From the human T2T-CHM13v2.0 reference genome, Homo sapiens, in the NCBI RefSeq assembly GCF_009914755.1, contig NC_060929.1: a stretch of DNA of 64,000 nt; one strand, given 5' to 3'. A model generated the notes under the pieces. It was not told the origin of the DNA. It saw only the letters and a program-made list of their open reading frames with translations, and searched no databases. Positions 1-14,329 of the stretch are shown here, piece by piece (position 1 is the first letter of the stretch; the number at the start of each line of letters is the position of its first letter). The translations under genes were made by a program, and so were the position numbers.

Positions 1-29
1 TGTCAGCAGCATGAAAATGGACTAATACA
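1..29 (+). mobile_element. 3' end of the 5' LTR of a THE1A (ERVL-MaLR) provirus
   Basis: tgtcagcagcatgaaaatggactaataca matches the THE1 LTR terminus (...ACTAATACA) and is followed directly by THE1 internal sequence. Confidence 0.9.
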
Positions 30-1605
30 GGAAATTGGTACCAGTAGAGTAGGGTGTTGCTGAAAAGATACCCAAAAATGTGGAGCAACTTTGGAACTGG
101 GTAACAGGCAGAGGTTGGAACAGTTTGGAGGCCTCAGAAGAAGACAGGAAAGTGTGGGAAAGTTTGAAACTTCCTAGAGACTTGTTGAATGGGAATGGCT
201 TTGCCTAAAATACTGATAGCAATATGGACAATAAGGTCCAGGGTCAGGTGGTCTCAGATGAAGAAGATGAGGAACTTGTTGGGAACTGGAGCAAAGGTGG
301 TTCTTTTTATGTTTTAGCAAAGAGACTGGCAGCATTTTTCCCCTGCCCTAAAGATTTGTGGAACTTTGAACTGGAGAGAAATGATTTAGGGTATCTGGTA
401 GAAGAAATTTCTAAGCAGCAAAGCATTCAAAAGGTGACTTGGGTGCTGTTAAAAGCATTCTGTTTCAAAAGGGAAACAAAGCATAAAAGTTCAGAAAAGT
501 TGCAGCCTGATGATATAGTAGAAAAGAAAAACCCATTTTTTGAAAAGAAATTCAAGCTGGCTGCAGAAATTTACATAAGTAGCAAGGAACCTAATGTCAA
601 TCCCCAAGACCATAGGGAAAATGTCTCCAGGCCATGTCAGAGAGCTTCATGACAGCCCCTCCCATCACAGGCCCAGAGGCCCAGGAGGAAAAAATGTTTC
701 ATGGGCTGGGCCCAGGGTCCCCATGCTGTGTGCAGCCTAGGGATTTAGTGTCCTGTGTCCCAGCTCTTCCAGCCATGGCTGAAAGGGGCCAATGTAGAAC
801 TTGGTCTGTGGCTTCAGAGAGTGGAAGCCCCAAGCCTCGGTAGGTTCCACATAGTGTTGAGCCTGCAGGTGCATAGAAGTCAAGAACTGAGGTTTGGGAA
901 CCTCCACCTAGATTTCAGAAGATGTATGAAAATGCCTAGATGGCCAGGCAAAAGTTTGCCCCAGGGGCAGGGCCCTCATGGAGAACCTCTGCTAGGGCAG
1001 TGTGGAAGGGAAATGTGGGGTTGGAGCCCCCACACAGTGTCCCTACTGGGGCACTGCCTAGTGGAGCTGTGAGAAGACGGCCACTGTCCTCTGGACCTCA
1101 GAATGGTAGATCCATGGACAGCTTACACCATGTGCTTGGAAAAGCTGCAGACACCCCACACCAGTGAAAGCAGCTGGGAGGGAGGCTGTACCCGGTGAAG
1201 CCATAGGGGCGGAGCTGCCCAAGACCATGAGAACCTGGTGTATAAGTGTGACCTGAATGTGAGACCTGCAGTCAAAGGAGATCATTTGGAGCTTTATAAT
1301 TTGACTGCCCCACTGGATTATGGGATTGCATGGGCCCTGTAACCCCTTTGTTTTGGCCAATTTCTCCCATTTGGGATGGCTGTATTTACCCAATACCTGT
1401 ACCCCCATTGTATCTAAAAAGTAACTGCTTGCTTTTGGTTTTACAGGCTCATAGGCAGAAGGGACTTGCCTTGCCTCAGATGAAAATTTGGTCTGTGGAA
1501 TTTTGAGTTACTGATGAAATGAGTTAAGACTTTGGGGGCTGTTGGGAAAGCACGGTTGGTTTTGAAATGTGAGGACATGAAATTTGAAGGGTCCAGGGTG
1601 CAGAA
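30..1605 (+). mobile_element. THE1A internal region (decayed MaLR internal ORF)
   Basis: Begins ggaaattggtaccagtagagtagggtgttgctgaaaagatacc, typical of THE1-int. The broken ORFs 224-652, 634-843 and 940-1167 are fragments of the MaLR internal ORF. Flanked by two LTRs. Confidence 0.9.
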
Positions 1606-1943
1606 TGATATGATTTGGCTGTGTCCCCACCCAAATCTCAGCTTGAATTATATCTCCCAGAATTCCCACATGTTCTGGGTGGTATCCAGGGGGAAGTAAT
1701 TGAATCATGGGGGCCGGTCTTTCCCGTGCTGTTCTTGTGATAGTAAATGGATCTCGTGAGATCTGATGGGTTTATCAGGGGTTTCTACTTTTGCTTCTTC
1801 CTCATTTTCTCTTGCTCTTGCCATGTAAGAAGTGCCTTTCACCTCCCGCCATGATTCTGAGGCCTCGCCAGCCATGTGGAACTGTAAGACCAATTAAACC
1901 TCTTTTTCTTCCCAGTCTTGGGTATGTCTTTGTCAGCAGTACA
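1606..1943 (+). mobile_element. THE1A 3' LTR
   Basis: tgatatgatttggctgtgtccccacccaaatctc... with THE1A-type gggtttatcaggggtttc and agaattcccac; ATTAAA poly(A) signal near 1893; ends ...agcagtaca. Confidence 0.9.
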
Positions 1944-2209
1944 GTATAAGACACTTTACTAAAAATCTGTCATGGGTTATTGTTGCCTCTTTTGTCTGAT
2001 TCAATACTTTCTGGAAAGTTTTACAGATGATAGAGATTAATGACATACTTAATTGGTTGTTGTTTTGTAGTCATTTCTCTTAAAGTTTGACATCCTATGA
2101 TACTATTTTAGTTGTTATCCTATGATACTATTTTAGTTTTACCATAAGTAAAACTGGTGCATGGAAACTCCTATGGGAAGGAAACCTGCAGAATATGTAG
2201 GTATGGCTC

Positions 2210-2790
2210 TGTGATGGTTAATATTAGTGTCAAGTTGATTGAAGAATGCCTAGGTGGCTGGTAAAGTATTGTTTCTGGGTGTGTCTATGAGGGTTGTTCC
2301 CAGAGGAGATTGACATTTGAGTTGGTGGACTGGGAGAGGAAGACCCACCCTCAATGTGAGTGGGCACCATCCAATGGGCTACCAGTACCACTAGAACAAA
2401 GCCAAGTTGAAGAAGGTGGGATAATCTGGCTCACTGAGTCTTCTGGCTTTCATCTTTCTCCCATGCTGGATGCTCTCTTCCATTCCTGCTGCCCCTGGAT
2501 GTCAGACTCCAGGTTCTTCAGCCTTTGGATTCTTGGATTTTACACCAGTGTTTTGCTGGGGGCTCTCAGGCCTTCGGCCACAGACTGAAGGCTACACTGT
2601 TGGCTTCCCTGCTTTTTAGGCTTTGGTCTTGGACTGAGCCACTACTGGCTTCCTTCTTCCCTAGCTTGCAGATGGCCTATCATGTGACTTTGCTTTGAGA
2701 TTGTGTGAGCCAATTCTCCCTAATAAACTCCCTTCCATACATACATATATCCTATTAGTTCTGTCCCTCTAGAGAACCCTAACTAAAACA
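2210..2790 (+). mobile_element. MLT2B-type solo LTR (ERVL)
   Basis: Starts tgtgatggttaatattagtgtcaa and ends ...tctagagaaccctaactaaaaca; 5-bp TSD ggctc/ggccc (1 mismatch). Confidence 0.85.
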
Positions 2791-3687
2791 GGCCCATAAT
2801 TGTTTTTTATAACTTTGGTTCAGCCTACTGCTTAGTATAATTTCTAACATGTATATAAAGAGGCATACATGTAAAATGAGGCATACATATAAAAGAAATC
2901 TCACAGTAACAGATTTGTATGCAATATGCAAATATTATAAGAAAGACCAACATGGCCTCATATTTATAAGGTGGTCAGAAATAACCTTAGATACAACAGT
3001 AGAGTACTATTGAACTATATTATTGGAAAGCCATAAGAAATAGGGCTATCAGTTTCAGCCTTAAAGGAGTTTTTCCATCTGGTGAGTGAGACAGAATACA
3101 CATAGATGTGAATCACTTGGGCCTTATGGTGCATCATGCAAACAAGTGGAGGCCAGTGCCCTGTGGTAAGAAGGCTCACGACAAAGTGGTATTCGGCAGT
3201 ATTCCAATACAGAAGACTTCCTGGAGTTAGTAAATATTTTTGAAAAATTTTATTTAAAAACCTTATAAAACTAACATGCATGTAGGTTCTTTGGACATTC
3301 AAACAATTCAGAAGTACATATAGTACTGGATATAAGTTTTCCTCTATATCCTTTCTCAAACTTACAATTCTATTCACTTATGTAAGGTAACTTCTGTTAG
3401 CATTTGCTATATAATATGCTATATTCAGATTATCTCTATTATCTATCATCTATTTTTCTTTCTATGTATTTGTCCATGAATGAGATCAAACTATATATAT
3501 TATTCTGCAATTTTCTCTTTAACTTGTCAATATATATTACAAATTTTCTCATGTTAGCATGCATATATATGTATTATGTATATATTTTTTGAAAAATTTT
3601 ATATAGCATACATCATAATGTAAACTTTCATTTATTGTTACATTTCATCTATCACAAACAGCATTGTAATGAAAATTCTTGCAGTTA

Positions 3688-3765
3688 ATTCATTTATTTA
3701 TTCAGTTGATAGATGTTTATTGAGTGACTACTATATATCAGGCATTGCCTTAGGTGTGTCAAAAA
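3688..3765 (-). mobile_element. L2 3'-end fragment
   Basis: attcatttatttattcagttgatagatgtttattgagtgactactatatatcaggcattg is the reverse complement of the L2 tail. Confidence 0.6.
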
Positions 3766-3834
3766 TGAACAAAAAACACACACACAGCCAACCAACCAAC
3801 AAACCAACGATAACAAAAATATGTGGTTACTGCT

Positions 3835-4005
3835 AGAGTTGGGACCAGGATGAAGTGAATGAGTCATTTACCTTAGGCACAAAATTTAAGGAGGCACAAA
3901 AAAGCTTAGTAATCATGATAAATACTTTTATGCAATATTTTTAAAGGTCAAAATTAATTAAAAGTTCTATGATAAAATATGAGAATTTTAAATAAAAACA
4001 GAGTC
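3835..4005. mobile_element. MER96B-like hAT DNA transposon fragment
   Basis: gggaccaggatgaagtgaatgag...ggcacaaaatttaaggaggcacaaaaaagcttagtaatcatgataaata resembles the recalled MER96B consensus. Confidence 0.55.
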
Positions 4006-4149
4006 TGTAGCTAACTCATAGTCTAGTTAAGGAGATATTAAATACAAAATTATTATTATTATTGCTATTATTCACAAATTGTGATGAGGGATAACAATAG
4101 GCTATTACAAGAGAGGATCCTGTACATTAGATTCAGGTGTTAGAGACGG

Positions 4150-4570
4150 TCACAGATTGGGTTTCTCTAGAAGCCAATCAGAAGAGATTAGCAGTTAGGG
4201 GGTTTGTTAGGGTGCGTTCTTAAGACCAACACCTGGGAGGGAAAAGAAAGCAGGATTTAGGAGAGAGAGAGTTTGAGCTGCAATGCTTTCTCAGCTGGAA
4301 CCTCAGGTGACCCTGTGGGGAGTTCTGGAGGTAGAATGACTTCTCAAAACTCTACCAAGTTAGGACAAGAGGGATGGGCTAAGTCCTCATGTCAATAAAT
4401 CACTTAAATGTGGACCACCTTAGGAAGGCGTTGTGTCCTTGAACCAGGTGGCTTTATTCAGTTAAGATAATTCCTGAAGGGGTCTGCAATGGAATGCTGG
4501 CTGCTGACTGAACTCATAGCATCTTGAAGGAGGCCTCAGTGGCACATCAGAGATGACAGCATCCACCACG
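4150..4570 (-). mobile_element. LTR16-family (ERVL) solo LTR
   Basis: gagattagcag...accaacacctgggagggaaaagaaagcaggatttaggagagagagagtttgagctgcaatgc...cagcatccaccac matches the reverse complement of LTR16. Confidence 0.65.
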
Positions 4571-4729
4571 GAAATCGTATTGCAGGGGAAATGAACCTGC
4601 AGGAAAAACAGTAATATGAAATTCCTTCAACAAGTGTTTATGAAGCTCTTGTTATATGATAGGTACGATTTCAAGTTCTAGAAAGTACTGCAGAAGATGA
4701 AGAAAAGTTTTTTTTACTAAAGGCTTATG

Positions 4730-4915
4730 AGGTGCCATGCCCTATGTTAAGCCCTTTCCAAGAATTATTTAATCGTTCCTTTCCAAGGAATTTATAAACT
4801 GGGTCCCATAATCATTCCCATTTTACAGATAAGAATATTGAGGCTCAGAGATTTTGCAGCTTGACCATAATCTCACAGCCAATGAGTCAAAAGCAGCATT
4901 CGAACCTAAAGTCTT
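4730..4915 (-). mobile_element. MIR SINE
   Basis: Core cccattttacagataagaatattgaggctcagaga...attcgaacct. Confidence 0.7.
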
Positions 4916-4959
4916 TATACTACAATGTCTTTGAGTGTCCTTGATCTCAATTTAATATT

Positions 4960-7900
4960 GCCCTATTATTGTGTGCATATTAGACTATTCTGTAGTATAG
5001 ATTGCTAGAAGTATGGTTGTTGTGTCAAAGTGCATATGCATTTTTAAACATTAGTAGATACTACCAAATTGATCTTCAAACAGTACCAAATTATACCTTT
5101 ACTCTGGGCCTATGGAAATGCATATTTGCCCACAGCCTTGTCACCTGTGGTTATTAACAATTCTTTTAATTACTGTTAAAATAATAAGTGGAAATTTAAT
5201 ATAATTGTTATTTTAACTTGGCTTTTCCAAAGGACCAGTGAGGTTGAGTCTTTTTTCATACTTATTGGCAATTTGAAGGCTTATTTCTTGTGAATTACCT
5301 GTTTATAATTTTTCTGTACTTTTATTGTATTATCTTATTTTCAATAATTAGTAGTTCTTTGCCTATATGTTGCAAATATTTTTCACAGTCTTTCTTGTTT
5401 TTTAAATGTATTTATCCATCTCTCATTACATAATTTATTTTGAAAAAATTAAGTAGTCAAAGCTTTCAATCTTTCCTTTAAGCTTTCTAGATTTTATATC
5501 TTGCATAGGAAAGCTTTTTCCATCTCAAAAATATAAAAATTGTTTTATATTTTAATGTACATACATAAAACTGTGGAAAAACCCATCTGGAATTTTTGTG
5601 AATTATGTGAGATAGATGTTTAACTTAATTTTTTTTCAAGTGGATAGCTAAAATTCTATTGAGTTTTCCTGAATGATTTTAAATGTTACTTTTATTATCT
5701 AACTCTCGTTGATACTATCTCTGCTTCTAGACTCTCTATTTAGTTTTATTATTTTATTTTTCCATTCCTGAACCAATTTCATACTAATTATTGCTGTATT
5801 ATTGTAATTACTGTATTTGGTAGGGCAAGTCTCCTTTCTTTGCTCTTCTTGGTGAACTTAAGAATCAATGTATCAAGTCCTATAAATTATCCCACTGGGA
5901 TTTTGATTGGGATTGCACTGAATTGTAGATTAATTATAGATTAATTTGTAGTTGACTTTACATGACTTAAATGCTTATAAAGCACCTTCATAAGGTTAAG
6001 ACTTGAAATCTAAAATATAGTTACCAATTTGTTCAGTTTTTACTTTGTCCTTCCATAAAATATAGTTTTCTTCATGTATCTTATAACTTTCCTCACATAC
6101 CTCTAACACTGAGGACTAAATCTTGCGACATTACAATATTTGCAGGTATTGTAAGGAGTACCTTTGTTCATAACATCTTTGAATTATTTATTGCTCTGAC
6201 ATAAGAAAAAAGAGCTAACACTCAAATGTACTTTACTATATGCCAGGCATAGTGCCTTACATGTATAAAAACATTTAATTCTCAAAGCAACTCATTGAGG
6301 ATTGTGCCATTATTAACCTGATTTAATAGAAGATACTGAGACATGGAGACAACTATAATATATCTGGGAAAAAGTGGAGCCAGAGTGAAACAAGGCAAAG
6401 AATTTCTCCATAGTCTGCTCTTGAACCACTAAGCTATTGATCTGTATGATGGTTGTGCACCTGGTCATCTTACTAAATCCTTTTATTACTTCTGACCCTT
6501 CTTAAAGTTGTTTGATTAACTAGGTAGAAATTGCATAATCAGCTTATCGTGGCAGTTTAAAATATTACATTCACATACTTATTCTGTTTACGTCACTTTT
6601 TTTTCCTATTGCTTGAGGATCTTGCCCTGCCTTTCCCATCATCTAGAGTACCTCCCAGGCCCTTCTTTGAGAAGGTCTCAAACAATATAATTAATGTGTG
6701 TTTCACGCATGCCATCATTTGTAGACTACTTACGATTTTCTACATAGAGAACCATCTTATTCACAAAGAATGTTCTTTTTAACTTTTTTCTTTTTCTACC
6801 CATACATATTATTTCTTTTTCTTGCTGTATTGTTCTTGCTGGGACCTCCACTGAAATGTAGACATCTTTCCTTTTAGAAGGAAAGAGTTCATTGTTTTAC
6901 CATTATGTGTGATGTTACCTTTAGATTTTCAATAGATGTTATCAAGTTTAAAAAGTTTCCTTTTTTGTAGTTTCTTGTTAGTTAATATGACTTGATATTT
7001 TGGATTTTGTCAAATGCTTCTAATGCATTTATTAAGATGATCACATTTTTTTGTTGTAATCTGTTTATATAGTGAGTTACATTGGTTGGTTGTATTTTGT
7101 TAACCCAACCCTGAATTTCTGTGATAAAACCCACTTGATCATGATTTCTTATTCTTTTTACATAATGTTGGATCCGATTTAGTAATTTTTTGTTGAGAGT
7201 GTTTGTTTCCATGTTCATGATTGCTCTGTAGTTGCTTTTTCTTTTTGATGCTTGATTACTGGTTTTAGTAATAGAGTATTTTTGGACTCATGGGAGAAGT
7301 TGGAAAGTATTACCTTCTTATATGTATTCTAAAAGAGTTTGCAAAAAAAATTGGTATTATTTCTTCTTTAAAAGTTTGATAAAATGCATCAACAAAGCCA
7401 CCTAGGCCTGGAGTTTCCTTTGTGAGAGGTTCTTAACTACAAAATCATATTTAAAAAAAATAGGTAAAAGGCTATTTGAGTTATGTATTCTTTCTAAGTG
7501 AGCTTTCATGCATTCTTTGTTTCAATAAATTTATTTTATCTAGACTATGAAATTTACTACCATAAAGTTCTTCATAATATTCCTTTATTATCTTTGTAAT
7601 ATGTGTAGGATCTGTGGTTATGTCTCCTCTGTCTTCCTGCTGTTGGTAAATCAATTTTATTTTCTGATCACTCTTTTTAAAGACTTATTAGATGTATTAA
7701 ACTTCTCACAGAAACAGCTCTTTGTTTCACTGATTTTTCTCTAGTTTTTTCTGTTTTCAATTTTATTGATTTTTGCCTTTATTTTTGTAATTTACTTTCA
7801 CTTGCCTACTTTGTGTTTGATCTTTCTCTTTCTGTTCTTTTCTATTCTATTCTTTTCTTTTCTTTTCCTTCCTTCCTTCCTCCCTTCCCTTCCCTTCCCT

Positions 7901-9190
7901 TCCCTTTTCCTTCCTTCTTTTCTTTTCTTTTCTTTCTTTCACAAATGGATTCCATTGTCCAGGCTGGAGTGTAGTGGTGTAATTATAGCTAACTGCAGAT
8001 TTCTTCCTCTTTTTTATTTTCTTAAGGTGGATGCCTGGCTCCCTTTCTTCACTTCTAATAAAGACATTTAAAGTTATACATTTCTTTTTAAGCACTGCAA
8101 CATACAAATTTTGATATCCTGTTTTTTAATTTTCATTCAGGTACAGACTATCTTATTTCCTATGTGATATCTTCTTTGATCAATGGGTTATTCAGTAACG
8201 TCACATTAGATTTCCAAATATTTTGAGATTTCCTCTCATCAATTTCTAATACAATTCCCTGTTACCAGAAAACTTACTTTGCATGACTTGAATCCTTTAG
8301 AATTTATTGAGACTTGTATTGTGGCCCAGAATATGGCCTATTTTAGTAAATATTCTGTATACACTTGAAAAGAATGTGTATTCTGCTGTTATTGTATGTA
8401 ATGCTACTTAAGTATCTATTAGTTTAAGTTTGTTTATGGCAGTGGTTAAATGTCCTATATACTTACTGATTTTCTGCCTACTTATTCTATCATTATCAAG
8501 AGAAGTGTGTTGAAATCCCTGACTATAGTTGTGAATTTTTCTACCTCTTTTTCAGTCCTGTGTGTTTTGCTTCATATATTTTGAATCTCTATTATCAGGA
8601 ACATGAAAATTTAAAGTTGTTACGTCCTTTTGATTTTTGTCTCCTTTGTCATTTTAAAATGATCTTATTTATCTCTGGTAATATCCTTTGTGCTGAAATT
8701 TCTGTCTAATATTAGTAAAGCTATACTAGCTATTTTTAGTACTATTGGCTTAGGATATTTGTTTTCATTCTTTCATTTTCAACCTCTGTATAATTTTATT
8801 TAAAGCCATTTATTGTAGACAGCATATAATTGGCTCTGGCTTTTTTGTGCTTCAATTTGGACGATTAGCACATATTTTCAAGTTTACTTATCTTTTCTTT
8901 TATAGTAACTAAATTGCTGCTAATCCTATTCACTGAGATTTTTATTTCAGATAACATGTTTTCTACCTGTATAGCTCCATTTGATAATTTTATTTTATAG
9001 TGTCCATTTTTTCTCACTTCCTTCTTGTATTTCTTTAAATCCTTGAACATATTTATATTACCTGTTTTTAAATCCTTGTATGAGAATTCTATTATGCCTA
9101 TCACTTCTGGTTTTATTTCTATTGAATGACTTTTCTCCTATTTATTTGTCACATTGTTCTGCTTCTTCACACGTATAGTAATTTTTTATT
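4960..9190 (-). mobile_element. Old fragmented L1M (L1MB/MC/ME-type), interrupted by a MIR (~6220-6430) and an Alu fragment
   Basis: T-rich antisense L1 motifs (gggattttgattgggattgcactgaat; aaaacccacttgatcatga; gaatgtgtattctgctgtt). ORF 6982-7218(-) translates to L1 ORF2 RT-like NRIQHYVKRIRNHDQVGFI; ORF 8865-9104(-) is ORF1-like. Confidence 0.75.
7820..8000 (-). repeat. (CTTT/CCTT)n polypyrimidine tract with an old Alu fragment
   Basis: Simple repeat followed by gtccaggctggagtgtagtggtgtaattatagctaactgcag (AluJ/FRAM-like, antisense); the tract probably derives from its poly(A) tail. Confidence 0.7.
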
Positions 9191-10095
9191 GGATATTAGA
9201 TGTTTTGTGGAATATCTGGTTTGCTTGTTTAAGCATAACCCTTAAATAATTTAAGCATGACCCTTTTGGGATCTTCCCTCAATGTGCTGGGCTTTTAATA
9301 AGGTCCCTTCACTATGATGTATTAGAACATGAACATCTCTCAGCTCTGTGAACTTGGAAATTGTTCAGATTCATTTTCCTATTGTGCTTTGTTGCTTGCC
9401 TTTTTAGAGGTTCACATTACTCATTAAGTGTAATTTGCTTGGAACCTTCCTTAACCATGATCCAAAAAGTGCCTTCAGTCAAAAAGATAGAGCAACCATA
9501 AGGCTTACCTTAATCATTGACCTATCTTCAAAGATTGCAGTCATATGGGGCCTGTTATCTAATGTCTGAAAACATTGCTTCTTACATTTGTCTAGTTTTA
9601 TTTTTATTTACGGGGTGGCAGGAACAGGTCTGGGGCCACTTACTTCCTCATTGAAGAAGTGGAAGTTCTTTTTCCAGTTTTTAATTATATTAATATACTG
9701 AATTTTATTGCTAATAATTACATCGATATTTGGAAGCTACTTTTCAAAATATGTTACTCATGTATACATTTTTAGGTAGTTTCACCAATATTTTAATTAG
9801 AATTTTTGTATTTGGATTCATAAGTAAGGATGATTGGGAGTATCCTTTAATCCTATTTTTCCCTGACTTTAGTATCAGAGTTATGATAATTTATACATTT
9901 ATTTAGAAAGTTGTTAAACTTTTAAAATGCTCTGGAGTAGTTCTAAAAACAGAATTTATACTTTTCATCTTACATTTCTCATGAAAATATCTGTAGTAGA
10001 TCTTTTTTTAGGAGATAGACGGAATAATTTTATTTCTGGAGTACCTTTTAAATTTCTTTTATAATTATTGATATATTTGTGTTTCCTACCTCTTA

Positions 10096-10222
10096 TTTTT
10101 GAAATAGAGACAGGGTCCTGCTATCTTTCCCAGGCTGGTCTTGAACTCCTGGGGTCAAGTAATCTTCCCATCTCAGCCTCCCAAAGTGCTGGGATTACAG
10201 GTGTGAAACACTGTGTCTGGCC
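10096..10222 (-). mobile_element. FLAM / Alu left monomer
   Basis: agagacagggtcctgctatctttcccaggctggtcttgaactcctggggtcaag...gggattacaggtgtgaaacactgtgtctggcc. Confidence 0.85.
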
Positions 10223-11342
10223 TTCTGCCTCTTCTTGTTTGACTTTTTATTTTCCTAATCATTTTATCTAAATTTTCAAATTTTGTTGTATGTATTTATA
10301 CCTATAATTCCCTCATGATTCAGAAAATTCTTATCCTTTTCCTATATATGATATTTTCTCACTTCTGTTTTAAAGTTTGTGTAATCTTTTTTCTTTGTTG
10401 CATTCACCAAACTTTTACCTATTTTGCCTTTTCAAATCATACATTTTGACATTTTCAAAGAGTGTGAGTATTTTTAGTGAAGTTTAGGGAGTGAGAGGGC
10501 TAAAGAGAGAAGACAACATTATATTACACAAGAAGAGGAACACACATAAAGACAAAGCAAGAATGTGTGTGGAAAGGTGTGTGGGATAATGAGATGGAAG
10601 AGGGGGGGTGGGGTGAAGAGTCTTGAGGAATATCCTAAGGGCTAGGCAAATAACTTCTGAGTTGAAACAGCTGATGATGAGAAATGACGCCATGTTTATA
10701 AGCTTAGGGGCATATAATTGAAATAGACTTGGAAGAAAATTATTTCAGCAGCTTTGGTATGTTGACATGCTCAAATTTTGAAGGCAGGGAGCTTTTCTTG
10801 GGATGCTGCCTCAGAAAGGCTTAAGAGAACACGAGGATGATTTAGATAAGTTGTTTTGAAAATGGAAAAATGAAATGTGAACCCAAAATACAATATTGAA
10901 GAGAATATGGTGTATATTGACTCTGGAAATATGTGCGTGGTTTTAGCGGTGGGAAAAGTTATGGTAAGGAAAAGTTTAAAAAGGAGAATGTTGCAAAGTC
11001 GTAAGATTTTGAGAGCTGAAAAATGGTGGTTTAATAAATGTTGGTAAAGAAATTGGGTTGAGCTGCCTAACAGAGAGTGGAAGTAGCAAGCTGGTATCTG
11101 CTCAGGATACATAATAGATATGCGATATTAAATAGATGTTCTACAGATATTCTAGACACATGAATAAAATATAAAACCATGATGAGGGTCACCAAAGATT
11201 TCAGGGGTCTGGTTTCCCCAGGCTTCAAAAAGCCCTTTCAGGTGGATAGGTTTCTCTTCTTGGCTTTTTGCAACCCTGAAATGAGAGTTAAATCTGGTGT
11301 TTTCAGTTGAGTCTAACAATTTGAGCACGATAAAGATCAGGT

Positions 11343-11678
<336 letters not shown>

Positions 11679-13409
11679 TTAGAACATGCTGGGAGATAAT
11701 AGAAGCCTTCGCCAGGGGTGCTTAAGAATCAAAGAGGTTATTACAGGCAAAACTCAGAAGCAAGAGAATGTACAATATAATTCGGGAATTCCTTTTTGCC
11801 TTCTGATGCTTGCAGGAGTACTCAATTTTGAAAAGAGGTCGCCATGCCCTGATGGTCCTTTCTTGAATTTTCTGCAATGGCTCTTTCTAGGAAGACCAAA
11901 AACTATCACTATAGCAGCTGTATGTGTAAACATTTAAGGTCCAGACCGAGAATAGTCCATTATAACACTTTGACCTTACTGTTTCAGGCCTAGTAATAGC
12001 TGTTATTCTAAAAAACAGCATTTAACAGCAGTTGTTTTCCAAATACTGTAGCATATTTTCCCCTACTCTAATAGCTTATATAAAGAACCATTTTCCCAAG
12101 TTACCCATGGATGTTGGAAATAATTTCTGCATTTCCCCTGGCTTACATTCTAGTTGTCAAAAAGTCAAAACACAAACACTAGCTGAACAGACTCAGTTAC
12201 GTCTCAACATGGTAATTGTTAAATCACTCAGTAGGAGGAAAAAAAGTCACACAAGGAGTTATTATTATGCATATGCATTTTTAATGTCTGATTCTCTGTA
12301 TAACCTTAAATTACAATGCAGGTTAAATTTCCCTTGCTGATTTATAAACATAATGTAAACTCTAGACACAGTTAATGATATTGCAATGTAAAACTGTTCT
12401 GTTGCAAACTAAAGACCTTGCTTAGCACTGGGAAGCTCTGGGTTCATTTCAATGTGATCATTGAGGCACTATGCAGAGATTATGCATTTATTGTATTTTT
12501 TTCATGAATACATGAATGAATAATAAGTTCAACAAACAAGAGTTTCCTACTGGGAATGTCAAACAAATCATTCTGCGAAGTGCTCTGAATTTCAATCAAT
12601 CACTCTCCATAACACTTGCCCCACTGAGATCTTCAGCTTCAGCAGAGTCAGCACTTGGAATCACTACAAGCAATCTTGGACAGGAGGCATAAGGTGCAAG
12701 AGTGCAGAAAGAGCAGGCCATCCTCCTGTTCTTCTCACCCAAGCAGGAGTTCTTTGCCAAGACACATACTTGTTGCCTTTATATTAGTGGGGGCCTGGGG
12801 TAATGGTGGCTCATATTCCAATAGCCTTGATTCTACCACACCCTTGCTGTTTCCCATAAGTTGGAGTCCACAAGTTCTAGTGGATGGCTCAGTGGAGAGA
12901 AAGTGTCCACTTGAGGTGCACGGAAAAAACTGAACAACACTAGTAAACAGAACTGTACAGTTGTAGCACTTTTAGGACCTGAATGAATGGTAAAGGAGTT
13001 ATTAGTGTAAAGACACCATGAAAGATTTGGTTTGTAGAGCATGGAGTCTTTATTTTAGGAAGAATCGTTTGAGGTTCTAACGTTGAATTTTGGTGTCTCT
13101 GTCTTGGGAAATCACTATTTTCATTTAAAAGAGTTCAATACCACTATTATGGTAGCCTTGATTCATATTGAGGTGGGAGAAGAAGTGTGAAGAAGAGAAC
13201 AATTCTTTATTTGCATTTGTTTGTCCAAAGGTAGTTTTAGGACAAACAACTCTTTAGATGGAGCTGTTACCTCCTTCTGCCCCTTTGCCTACATCGTAAC
13301 CTGAGGTGGATTCTGGTACTGAAGTTGAGAACCTTATTGGATGCCAGTTTGAAGTGAATTTCCTATAGCTTGAGGCAGCATGCTTAGTCTAAGGAAAGTT
13401 GCCCATATA

Positions 13410-13774
13410 CTGGTTGAATATCTCTTAGCCAAAATGCTTGGGGCCAGAAGTATTTTGGATTTCAGATTTTTCCTGATTTAAGGATATATGCGTACACATA
13501 ATGAGATATCATGAGGATGGGCCCAAGTCTAAACATGAAATTTATTTATGTTTCATATACACCTTATACACATGGTCTGAAGGTAATTTTATATAATCTT
13601 TTAAATAATTTTGTCCATAAAACAAAGTTCAATGTTTTGACCACATTTTGCTGTAAACTGTCACTGAGATCAGGTGTGGAATTCTCTACTTGTGGTGTCA
13701 TGTTGGTACTCAACAAGTTTCAGAGTTTGAAGCATTTCAGATTTTAGATTTTCCAGTTAGGGGTGCTCAAGTTG
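13410..13774. mobile_element. Tigger4b (Zombi_B) non-autonomous TcMar element
   Basis: TIRs ctggttgaatatctc...gggtgctcaagttg with TA on both sides; internal gggcccaagtctaaacatgaaatttatttatgtttcatatacaccttatac. Confidence 0.85.
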
Positions 13775-14329
13775 TACCAGGAAAGCTTGCTACTCATCGC
13801 CTACCAGATTAATGACTACTCAACAAATTTTGAGTGAATTCCAAAGGCTGTGATAATCAGATTTCTACTTCAGTATAAACACATAGTTTACCTCCTCCCA
13901 GTCAATTAAATGTTACCAGATAATACAACTGCTTATGTTTTATTTATAACCTTCAGAATGAGAATCTTATTTTTACTAGCTCTAATTAGACTCTCCTGGC
14001 CACAGGACCTATCCTGTATCTGTGTGGATCAGATGTTGACTGTTTTCATAGCACAGGAAGTAGAAAGCGTAGCTGTTACTTAATAGAGGTTGGTTCCCGT
14101 CCTCTCTATTCCTTAACATTTATCATAAAAACAAATACCACAAGTTGCAGATTTATCAATTTTTGTTACAAATATACCTTTTCCACTATGAATGTGATAT
14201 AAATAAATACAGTTTCATTGCATTTTCTGTAGAGGAAAGTGGCTGGATAAAATGTGACAATCATTTTAACCTTTAGTGACAGGCCCTAGATTATTCATTT
14301 GGGGTTGGGAAGTGATTCCAATAGAAACA

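Noticed and set aside
224-1408. Overlapping ORFs up to 142 aa
   Set aside because: Fragments of the decayed THE1 internal ORF and its alternative frames, not a host gene.
2092-2138. 22-nt direct repeat atcctatgatactattttagtt (similar micro-duplications at 2860-2894, ~27333, ~46666, ~50770 and ~52336)
   Set aside because: Ordinary slippage-type tandem duplications with no sign of function.
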